NCBI GenBank assembly: GCA_964596015.1
Contig: CAZQSB010000001.1
Location: 118,023 to 182,022, forward strand
Source of the DNA: an uncultured bacterium
GTDB taxonomy: Bacteria; Joyebacterota; Joyebacteria; Joyebacterales; Joyebacteraceae
Length of the DNA: 64,000 nucleotides
Direction of reading: 5' to 3'
The translations under genes and the position numbers were made by a program. The notes under the pieces are model-generated. The model had not been told where the DNA came from, did not search any database, and saw only the letters and a list, made by a program, of their open reading frames with translations. Positions 55,355-64,000 of this stretch are shown here, one piece after another (within the stretch, counting starts at the first letter, position 1; the number at the start of each line of letters is the position of its first letter).

Positions 55355-57274
55355 ATGCGACGACTCATCACGGCACTTCTGATCCTCGCTCTGGCCGCTC
55401 CGCTCGCGTGGAGCGACCAGTGGCGCGACGTCGACGTGACGAAGCTTCGGGAGGACGCGCCCGACGCCGAGGAATACCCTGAAGCCTCCGCGCTCTTCCT
55501 CAAGATCCAGAAGCTCATCGACGTCGCCGACGGCGGCGCCGTCACGACGTACAGGAACGTCCTCACGAAGACCCTGACCCTGAAGGGCCGCGAGAACTAC
55601 GCGAACCAGTCGTTCTACTACGACGCCGACCGCGAAGAGATCGAGCTCGTCAAGGGCGTGACCATCCGACGGACCGGACGCGAGGTCGAGGTCGAGCCCG
55701 ACGCCATCAACGACGTCACCCCCGCGTTCCTCGAGGGCGCGACGATGTATGCGAACGTCGTGCAGAAGGTCTTCTCGTTCCCGGTCGTCGGCAAGGGCTC
55801 CACGATGGAGCTTCAGCTCGTGACCCGGACCGAACCGGCGCCCGACGGGAGCTTCTCCGGGATAGAGTTCCTCCGTTCCGAGGACCCGATCCTCGACAAG
55901 GAGGTCGCGCTGACCGTCCCGGGCGACGTCACGGTCACGAAGGCCGTCGTGCCCGGCGACGCCGGGCTCGGCGACGCCGAGACGGAGTTCGATGACCTCG
56001 TGTGGCGGGTGCGGGACGTCCCGGGGCTGACGCCCGAGGAGCGCATGCCCCCGTCCGAGGAGCTCTACCCGCGGGTCGTGTACACGTCCTACGAGGACTG
56101 GCAGGGGCCGGCGGCGTTCTTCGCGGACGCTTTCTATCCCCACGTCCAGACCGCGGGCGACGTGCACGCCAGGGCCTCTGAAGTGACGGAGGGAGCGGCG
56201 GACCGTGAGGAACTCGTCCGGAAGGTCTTCCTCGAGGTCGCCGAGAACGTGAGGAACGTCCATCTCGATCTCGGGCTCGGCGGATACGAGCCGAACGACG
56301 CCGCGGCCGTCATGGAGAACCGCTACGGCGATCCGCGCGACAAGGCCGTCCTCCTCGTCAGCATGCTTCGGGCCGCGGGCGTCGACGCGTGGCCCGCGCT
56401 CGTGAACGACGGCCCGGTGACGTTCGTCCCGGAGGTCCCGACGCTCGAGCAGTTCGACAGCGTTCTCGTCGCCGTGACCGACGGCGACGGCTACCGATTC
56501 CTCGACCCGTTCCTTGACGATTGTCTGTACGGACACCTCGAATGGGGTCGCGGGAACACGGCCCTCGTCGTGACGGACGACGGGGCCGGAGAGCTCGTCG
56601 AGATCCCGCCGTTCATGCCGGCCGAGAACAGAAGCGACCGGAGCATCGTCGCCGAGATCGCGGACGACGGGTCGGCCCGGCTCATCGCGAGCGCGGACGT
56701 CTCCGGGTCGTTCGATCGCAGGTGCCGCCGCGTCCTCAAGGACGCGACGGAGAGCGAGGTGCAGAAGTTCTTCACTGAGGCGACCGGCAGCATCGGGCCC
56801 GGGGCTTCCGACGCGGAGCACTTCACGACCGATCTCAAGGACCTGACCGAGCCCGTCCGGATGCAGCAGACCATCGACGCCCCGGGATTCGCCGTCGCGC
56901 AGGGCGACATGATGATCGTGCGGGCGCCCGAGTTCCCGTTCGCCTACGCCCGGGTGAACGCCCAGCCCAGTCTTTCCGAGCGCGACTTCTCGTTCATGCT
57001 CCCCGGCGAGCTCGTGAGCGAGTACGAGTTCCGGGCGCACATCCCTGAAGGCTACGAGCCCGTTCGCGTTCCGGAACCTCTGTCGATCGACACGGGCGAC
57101 GCGCTTCTCGAACTCGAGTGCGAATGGATCCCGTCAGAGCGCGCCGTGGTCTGGACGAGGAAGCTCGAGTTTCGTTCCAGGCGGATCCGACCCGAGGACT
57201 ACACCGACTTCAAGGCGGCGTACGACCGTCTCCTGTCCCCGAAGAACGACCTCATCCTGCTGGAGAGGGCGTAG
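55355..57274 (+). CDS. DUF3857 / transglutaminase-like paralogue lacking the Cys and His of the triad
   Basis: The ATG directly follows the upstream TAG. It has a signal peptide. The equivalent core reads YGDPRDKAVLLV and FDSVLV, so Cys and His are absent. Confidence 0.8.
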   Translation: MRRLITALLILALAAPLAWSDQWRDVDVTKLREDAPDAEEYPEASALFLKIQKLIDVADGGAVTTYRNVLTKTLTLKGRENYANQSFYYDADREEIELVKGVTIRRTGREVEVEPDAINDVTPAFLEGATMYANVVQKVFSFPVVGKGSTMELQLVTRTEPAPDGSFSGIEFLRSEDPILDKEVALTVPGDVTVTKAVVPGDAGLGDAETEFDDLVWRVRDVPGLTPEERMPPSEELYPRVVYTSYEDWQGPAAFFADAFYPHVQTAGDVHARASEVTEGAADREELVRKVFLEVAENVRNVHLDLGLGGYEPNDAAAVMENRYGDPRDKAVLLVSMLRAAGVDAWPALVNDGPVTFVPEVPTLEQFDSVLVAVTDGDGYRFLDPFLDDCLYGHLEWGRGNTALVVTDDGAGELVEIPPFMPAENRSDRSIVAEIADDGSARLIASADVSGSFDRRCRRVLKDATESEVQKFFTEATGSIGPGASDAEHFTTDLKDLTEPVRMQQTIDAPGFAVAQGDMMIVRAPEFPFAYARVNAQPSLSERDFSFMLPGELVSEYEFRAHIPEGYEPVRVPEPLSIDTGDALLELECEWIPSERAVVWTRKLEFRSRRIRPEDYTDFKAAYDRLLSPKNDLILLERA

Positions 57275-57327
57275 AGGGAGCCGAGGCGGACCCGACGACG
57301 CGGGACCGCGGACGACAGGGAGAGCTC

Positions 57328-60318
57328 GTGGGATTCAGACCGCTCGAGGAGATCGCGGGGCGCATCGAACGCAAACGCGTCCCGTTCTCCGACCTCATGC
57401 CGGCGCGCGTTCGCCGGATCCTCCTGGTGTCGAGTCTCTACGACTCGTTCACGTTCCAGGAGGACGGCAACCTCGGCGAGATGCTCTTCACGGAGTATCA
57501 GGAGCTGAACCTGAGCTCCGCGCCGACCATCTTCCGGGTGTCGACCGCCCGCGAGGCCATCGAGCGCGTTGAGGAGATCGACCCCGACCTCATCATCACG
57601 ATGCCCCGGGTCGGCGACATGGACGTCTTCGAGTTCGGACGACTCATCAAGGACCACTCCCCCGACCTCCCGGTCGTCCTGCTGGCGTACGACACGAGAG
57701 AGCTCTCCCTCCTCAAGGCGCGCGAGGACCTCGCATGCGTCGACCGGATCTTCGTCTGGCTGGGCGACGCGCGCGTCTTCCTGGCCGTCATCAAGTGGGC
57801 CGAGGACCGCATGAACCGCGCCCACGACGCCGAGACCGCGGGAGTCAAGAGCATGCTCCTCGTGGAGGACTCGGTCCGCTTCTACTCGGCCTACCTGCCG
57901 ATGCTCTACGGCGAGATCATGCAGCAGACCCAGGCGCTCATGTCGGAGGGCGTCAACCGCATGCAGCAGCTGATGCGCATGCGGGCCCGCCCGAAGATCC
58001 TCCTGGCCACGACCTTCGAGGAGGGCCGGGACATCTACATGAAGGCGCGGGGCGACATCCTGGGCGTCATCGTGGACGCGCGCTTTCCGAAGGACGGCGA
58101 GCTGGACGACATGGCCGGCGTCGCCTTCGCGGCGATGGTCAAGGAGCACGACCCGACGACTCCAGTGCTCATCCAGTCGACGACGCGCACCTGCACGGAG
58201 GAGGCGTTCGGCGTCGGAGCGACGTTCCTGCAGAAGACCTCGCCGACGCTCATGCACGACGTCCGGGCGTTCATGCGCGACCATCTGGGCTTCGGCGACT
58301 TCATCTTCCGCACGCCGGACGGCGCGGAGGTCGCTCGGGCCGGGGACCTCAGGGGGCTCGTCGACGCCGTCCGGAGCGTTCCGGGCGCTTCCCTCATGTA
58401 CCACGGCCGGAGGAACGACTTCTCCACGTGGCTCATGGCGAGGACGGAGTTCGACCTCGCGAAAGCGCTCCGCGCCATCGCGGCCGACGAGTTCGACTCG
58501 TCCGAGGAGCTCCGCGAGTACCTCCTGAGGGCGCTCAGGGAGCACAGGTTCCGAGCGCGAGCAGGTCTGGTCGAGGAGTTCTCCAAGGAGACCTTCGAGG
58601 CCGAGACGTCGTTCACGCGGATCGGTCGCGGCTCGCTCGGAGGGAAGGGGCGCGGGCTCGCCTTCATGAACTCGCTTCTCGACGCGTACGAGATCGAGAA
58701 CAGGATCGAGGGCGTCCGGATCAGCGTTCCGCAGACGGCCGTCGTGGCGACCGACGTCTTCGACCGGTTCATGGAGATGTCGGGACTCATGTCGCTGGCC
58801 CTCTCCGAGGACGACGACGTGACCATCCGCGCCGCCTTCCTCGCCGCCAGGCTGCCCGAGGAGACGATCAGCGAGCTCCGGGCGTTCCTGTCGCGCGTGC
58901 GCTACCCTCTGGCCGTGCGCTCCTCCAGTCTCTTCGAGGACTCGTCGTATCAGCCGTTCGCCGGCATCTACCAGACCTACATGCTCCCGAACAGCAACGA
59001 GAGCCTGGAGGTCCGGCTCGACGAGCTCTGCCGCGCCATCCGCCTCGTCTACGCGTCGACCTACTCCGCCGACTCGAAGACCTACATCGAGTCGACGACG
59101 AACCGCCTGGAGGAGGAGAAGATGGCGGTCGTCATCCAGCAGGTCACCGGCCGCCGCCACGGCGGCGTGGTCTACCCCAACGCGGCCGGCGTGGCGAGAA
59201 CCTACGACCACTATCCGATCAACGAGATCCAGGCCGAGGACGGCGTGGCCTGCGTCGCTCTCGGCATGGGCAAGACCGTGGTCGAGGGCGGCCGATGCGT
59301 GCGCTTCTCTCCGAAGAAACCGAAGACGCTCTATCAGTTCTCGACGCCGCGCGACTACCTCAACAACGCCCAGCGGCAGTTCTACGCGCTCGACCTCGAG
59401 AAGGAGGCCCCGGTCAGGAAGCCGACCGACGCGCCCGAGGCCAACCTCACCCTTCTCGATGTCGACGCGGCGGCCGAGCACGGGACGTTCCGACCGGTCG
59501 GCTCGGTCTACACGCCGGAGAACGACCGCATCTACGACGGGTCGGGGCGGCCCGGGGTCAGGCTGATCACAATGGCGGGGATGCTGTCTGGGGACGAGTT
59601 CCCTCTGCCTGAGACCCTGGCCTTTCTCATGGAGGTCGGCAAGTCGGGATTCACGTGTCACGTCGAGATCGAGTTCGCCGTGATGCTGAACGAGGACGGG
59701 CCGCACGATTTCTCGTTCCTGCAGATCAGGCCGCTCGTTCTCGAGGCGTCGACAGAGGAGATCGACCTCTCCGGCATCGAGCGCGACGACGTCCTGTGCT
59801 CGTCGGGCAGCTCGCTGGGACACGGCGTCATCGACGACATCGCCGACATCGTGTACGTCGCGCCGGACACGTTCGAGCGGAGCCACACCGTCGAGATCGC
59901 CGACGAGGTCGGCAGGCTCGATCGCGCGCTCCGGGACGCGGGGCGCCGGTATCTGCTCATCGGACCCGGCCGCTGGGGCAGCGCCGACCAGTGGCTGGGG
60001 ATCCCGGTGAGCTGGCGACAGATCGCCGGCGTGGGCGCCATCGTCGAGACCGACATGCCCGACATCATGGTCGACCCGTCCCAGGGGTCGCACTTCTTCC
60101 AGAACATCACGTCGTTCGGCATCGCCTACCTGACGGTGCGGGAGACCGACGCGCGCTCGTTGCTCGACTCCGAGTGGCTCGACCTTCAGCCGGCCGAGGA
60201 GGAGACGAAGCACCTCAGACACATCGCGCTCGACGCGCCGCTTCGCATTCTCGTGAACAGCGGAGAGTCCAGGGGCGTTGTCCTGAAGCCCGGAAGGGAC
60301 GGACGGAAGGCCGGCTGA
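57328..60318 (+). CDS. Tandem receiver-like domains fused to a PEP/pyruvate-binding (PPDK_N, ATP-grasp) domain protein
   Basis: The GTG at 57328 follows AGGGAGAG. The first receiver-like domain has Thr at the acceptor position (DLIITMP). The second has LLVEDS ... VIVDARFP. The ATP-grasp part has GRGSLGGKGRGLAFM and AVRSSSLFED. No swivel His domain was seen. Confidence 0.85.
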   Translation: MGFRPLEEIAGRIERKRVPFSDLMPARVRRILLVSSLYDSFTFQEDGNLGEMLFTEYQELNLSSAPTIFRVSTAREAIERVEEIDPDLIITMPRVGDMDVFEFGRLIKDHSPDLPVVLLAYDTRELSLLKAREDLACVDRIFVWLGDARVFLAVIKWAEDRMNRAHDAETAGVKSMLLVEDSVRFYSAYLPMLYGEIMQQTQALMSEGVNRMQQLMRMRARPKILLATTFEEGRDIYMKARGDILGVIVDARFPKDGELDDMAGVAFAAMVKEHDPTTPVLIQSTTRTCTEEAFGVGATFLQKTSPTLMHDVRAFMRDHLGFGDFIFRTPDGAEVARAGDLRGLVDAVRSVPGASLMYHGRRNDFSTWLMARTEFDLAKALRAIAADEFDSSEELREYLLRALREHRFRARAGLVEEFSKETFEAETSFTRIGRGSLGGKGRGLAFMNSLLDAYEIENRIEGVRISVPQTAVVATDVFDRFMEMSGLMSLALSEDDDVTIRAAFLAARLPEETISELRAFLSRVRYPLAVRSSSLFEDSSYQPFAGIYQTYMLPNSNESLEVRLDELCRAIRLVYASTYSADSKTYIESTTNRLEEEKMAVVIQQVTGRRHGGVVYPNAAGVARTYDHYPINEIQAEDGVACVALGMGKTVVEGGRCVRFSPKKPKTLYQFSTPRDYLNNAQRQFYALDLEKEAPVRKPTDAPEANLTLLDVDAAAEHGTFRPVGSVYTPENDRIYDGSGRPGVRLITMAGMLSGDEFPLPETLAFLMEVGKSGFTCHVEIEFAVMLNEDGPHDFSFLQIRPLVLEASTEEIDLSGIERDDVLCSSGSSLGHGVIDDIADIVYVAPDTFERSHTVEIADEVGRLDRALRDAGRRYLLIGPGRWGSADQWLGIPVSWRQIAGVGAIVETDMPDIMVDPSQGSHFFQNITSFGIAYLTVRETDARSLLDSEWLDLQPAEEETKHLRHIALDAPLRILVNSGESRGVVLKPGRDGRKAG

Positions 60319-60366
60319 GAAGCGTACGGCGACCATCGCTCCGCCCGAGCGGCGCAGGCTGGAACC

Positions 60367-60413
60367 AAAAGAAGAAGGGGGTCGGCAGTGAGGATGCCGG
60401 CCCCCTCTTCGTT
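60367..60413. terminator. Bidirectional intrinsic terminator between convergent genes
   Basis: The stem is gggggtcggca / tgccggccccc (11 bp, one G-U) with loop gtgagga. It is flanked by AAAAGAAGAA upstream and TCTTCGTT downstream. Confidence 0.65.
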
Positions 60414-60454
60414 GTCCGGCGGGTCATTGAAGCGGCCCGCCGTGGTGTGACGCC

Positions 60455-61825
<1,371 letters not shown>

Positions 61826-62100
61826 CTACTCCTCCTGCTCGCTTCAGGTTCGTTCAGAATTCCCGGGCGGGCCTCTCCCGCCCCTGCCTCCGGGTCCCTT
61901 TCGGACCCTCCATCAGGAAGTGCGTGCTCCTGGCGCTCCTCCTTTCCCGCTCGGCCCCCGGGACATTGGGAATCAGGCCCCGGCGCGGTCCGACCGGCGT
62001 CCCGGCTTCAGGCGGGGTCCGAAGCGGCATGGAATGCCCCCGGATGTCGCCATCCCGGGGCGTTCTGAGTCTCATTCCATGATGATGATCGCGACCAGGA

Positions 62101-62130
62101 AGTCTATCACGCGCGAGACCGGTGGGTCAA
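62101..62130 (-). promoter_or_regulatory. Predicted gdhA promoter
   Basis: On the minus strand: TTGACC (62130-62125), an 18-nt spacer, then TAGACT (62106-62101). This implies a 5' leader of about 270 nt. Confidence 0.4.
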
Positions 62131-62155
62131 TGCAAGAAGGCAGTATCAGGCCTCT

Positions 62156-63355
62156 CTAGCGCGTTCTCTCGGCCATCAGCACGACGTGCTTCTCGCCCTC
62201 GGCGACGATGGTCGCGTTGCCGAAGACGTGCCGCATGTGCTTCTGGACGCCGCGGTAGCGCATGAGCACGAGGTAGAGCCGGCCGTGGACCCTGAGATGC
62301 CGGTGCGCCTCGTCCACGAGCGGATAGAGGACGTCCACGCCCGCGTGGAACGGGGGGTTCGAGACGACGCGGTCGAACCGCTCGCCCGGGACCGCGTCGA
62401 AGCGGTCGCCGAGCACGGCCTCGACGCGCGGCTTGCCGTTCTTCCGCGCGTGGTTCAGGTGGTGGGAGCGGATGTTCAGGTCCGCGTACTCGACGGCCCG
62501 CGCGTCGCAGTCCACCATGACGACGCGTCCGACCGACGCGAGGTGAGCGCAGACGATGCCGATGGGGCCGTAGCCGCATCCGATGTCGATGACGGAGTGG
62601 CGCGGCCGCACGTCGACCGACTCGATGAGGAGCGCGGTCCCGTCGTCGATCGCCTTCCTCGAGAAGATGCCGGCGCGCGTGCGGAAGCTGTACTTCCTTC
62701 CGCGCAGCAGTCCCTCGACCGTGTGCTCGTATTTCGAGAGGTCGACGACCTCGGGCGGACGGATGGGGCTCCGCTCCGCGCGCATCACCCAGTAGCCGCC
62801 GCTGCGTTTGACGACCTTCGCCGGGCCGATGGTCGCGGCGAGCTTCTTCATGTAGCTCCGCGCGCCCCGACTCGACTTCGCGACGAGGAAGAAGGCGCCC
62901 CCGTGCCTGAGTTTCGGCTGCGCGCGCTCGATCATCTCGAAGATGAGCTCGGTCCCGTCGTCGACCGGCGGGTTCAAGGCGACGATGTTGAACGTTCCGT
63001 TCGGATAGCGGTTCAGCGTGTGATCGAGGACGACGTGAGCGTTCGCGACCTCGTTCGCTCTCGTGTTCCTCTGCGCGAGGCGAACGGCGCGGATGTCGGA
63101 GTCGACCATCTGGACGTCGAGGCCGGGCGCCGCGTCGGCCATGGCGATGCCCACCGCGCCGTAGCCGCAGCCGTAGTCCAGAATGCGGTCGCCGGGCGCC
63201 GGGGTGACGGCGCCGATGAGGAGCGATGTCGACTTGGCTATGCGGTCCTTCGAGAAAAGGCCGCCGGCCGACTCGAGCGTCCGGCGTCCCTGTCCGAGCG
63301 TGGCGTTGATCTCGTAGGAGCTTCTGACCATCACGAGGTCCCCGGGGTCCTCCAC
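62156..63355 (-). CDS. Double-domain class I SAM-dependent methyltransferase (RsmC/RlmG-like)
   Basis: There are two tandem MTase modules. The first has ILDYGCGYGAVG ... ALNPPV. The second has VIDIGCGYGPIG ... VVSNPPFH. Confidence 0.85.
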   Translation of the reverse strand: MEDPGDLVMVRSSYEINATLGQGRRTLESAGGLFSKDRIAKSTSLLIGAVTPAPGDRILDYGCGYGAVGIAMADAAPGLDVQMVDSDIRAVRLAQRNTRANEVANAHVVLDHTLNRYPNGTFNIVALNPPVDDGTELIFEMIERAQPKLRHGGAFFLVAKSSRGARSYMKKLAATIGPAKVVKRSGGYWVMRAERSPIRPPEVVDLSKYEHTVEGLLRGRKYSFRTRAGIFSRKAIDDGTALLIESVDVRPRHSVIDIGCGYGPIGIVCAHLASVGRVVMVDCDARAVEYADLNIRSHHLNHARKNGKPRVEAVLGDRFDAVPGERFDRVVSNPPFHAGVDVLYPLVDEAHRHLRVHGRLYLVLMRYRGVQKHMRHVFGNATIVAEGEKHVVLMAERTR

Positions 63356-63711
63356 GGACCGCGTCGCCGCGGCGATGAGCCGGCCATCACGGCGGGCGTC
63401 TCTCGAGGGAGAAGAATGCCCCGCCTGCTGCAGCGGGGCATCCGCGAGCTGGAGTGGATCTTCCAGCGTTCGAGAGCAGTATCGACGGTACGCGGTCGCG
63501 AGAGGACCGTCTCTTGAATCTATGTCGAGGTCGACCGGGGAGGTCGACCGGTGACTGCGTCAGACGTCGATGAGATGATACGTCCGGTTCCTGAACTGGT
63601 CAAGCGGATTTCCCGGCCGGGCGGCGGAAAAGCGATTGCGGCGCCAGCGCGAACGGACCCCGTGCCGGGAAAGAGGCGGAAGCGGGCGCTCGGTGGGCCG
63701 CCGGCGCGACG

Positions 63712-63780
63712 CGCCGGCCGGACCCCCGCGCGCCGGCCGGTCCCTCGCGTCGGCCGGTCCCTCGCGTCGGCCGGACCCGG
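63712..63780. repeat. Degenerate tandem repeat (17-20 nt unit x 4)
   Basis: The four units are cgccggccggacccccgcg / cgccggccggtccctcgcgt / cggccggtccctcgcgt / cggccggacccgg. They lie in an apparently non-coding 457-bp gap. Confidence 0.6.
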
Positions 63781-63812
63781 CAGGCGACCTGCCCGTCCGA
63801 TGCGGATCGGGT

Positions 63813-64000
63813 TCATCTCCCGTCGCCGGAAGACCCCTCATGACGGTTCTTCGCGAAGCGTCCGACTCCGACACGTTTCGCGACCATGATGCCGCCGATG
63901 AACATCGGCGCGAAGTAGAGCACGAGCCGCCACAGCAGGAGCGACACCCCGACGAACGAGTCGGGAAGGTAGACCGCGAAGAAGCCGATGTAGCCCCCCT
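63813..64000 (-). CDS. C-terminal fragment of a membrane protein (possibly UPF0104/flippase-like family), truncated by window edge
   Basis: The minus frame reads GGYIGFFAVYLPDSFVGVSLLLWRLVLYFAPMFIGGIMVAKRVG... then TGA at 63815-63813. The family guess is weak. Confidence 0.4.
   Translation of the reverse strand, partial: GGYIGFFAVYLPDSFVGVSLLLWRLVLYFAPMFIGGIMVAKRVGVGRFAKNRHEGSSGDGR

Noticed and set aside
53357-60336. Two very long minus-strand ORFs (53357-57040, 1227 aa; 57199-60336, 1045 aa) antisense to the DUF3857 and ATP-grasp genes.
   Set aside because: Their composition is low-complexity (R/D/E/G/V/L) and they have no motifs. The sense frames carry signal peptides, a transglutaminase core and ATP-grasp motifs.

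Overview
This is a high-G+C bacterial chromosomal segment, roughly two-thirds G+C by eye, and it is densely coding. I support about 60 CDS. I found no rRNA, tRNA, CRISPR array, transposase or integrase. A complete Tol-Pal cluster indicates a diderm organism. The lexA operator resembles the Fibrobacter-type SOS box, which hints at an FCB-group-like or related uncultured lineage; this is an inference only.

Gene content, left to right:
- ftsH-folP-cdaA and a GT117/DUF2723 membrane protein.
- A fused M16 peptidase and a DUF885 protein.
- A 0.77-kb stretch I cannot annotate.
- A HAMP-like membrane protein, a nitrilase-family hydrolase and a hypothetical protein.
- A Tol-Pal operon with unusual first and last genes.
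- An outer-membrane-barrel / Na-solute-symporter operon.
- A korAB 2-oxoacid:ferredoxin oxidoreductase plus nitroreductase.
- An MBL hydrolase / dipeptide epimerase / YprB-like exonuclease operon.
- A B12-radical SAM gene.
- A 10-kb, 11-gene minus-strand operon headed by lexA (32990-43217). It has two SOS boxes and mixes known repair genes (fpg, dinB, an MrfA-like DEXH/DUF1998 helicase) with seven genes of unknown role. These include a lower-G+C TcmP + DUF5131 (Gp37/Gp68, three-Cys) pair.
- An ArsR-controlled thiol-redox/permease/arsC operon.
- A TusA-DsrE-IscS-like operon in which the IscS-like protein lacks the PLP lysine.
- An M50 protease and a HAD hydrolase.
- A DUF3857/transglutaminase pair followed by a receiver/ATP-grasp (PPDK_N) protein.
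- gdhA with a long leader, and a double-domain methyltransferase.

The lexA-headed operon and its TcmP/DUF5131/helicase end are my best candidates for an undescribed system.

Limits: product names come from motif recognition by eye, with no database search. Start codons were chosen by RBS and overlap logic. The ORF track renders GTG/TTG starts as M. Many long antisense ORFs are high-G+C shadow frames and were discarded.
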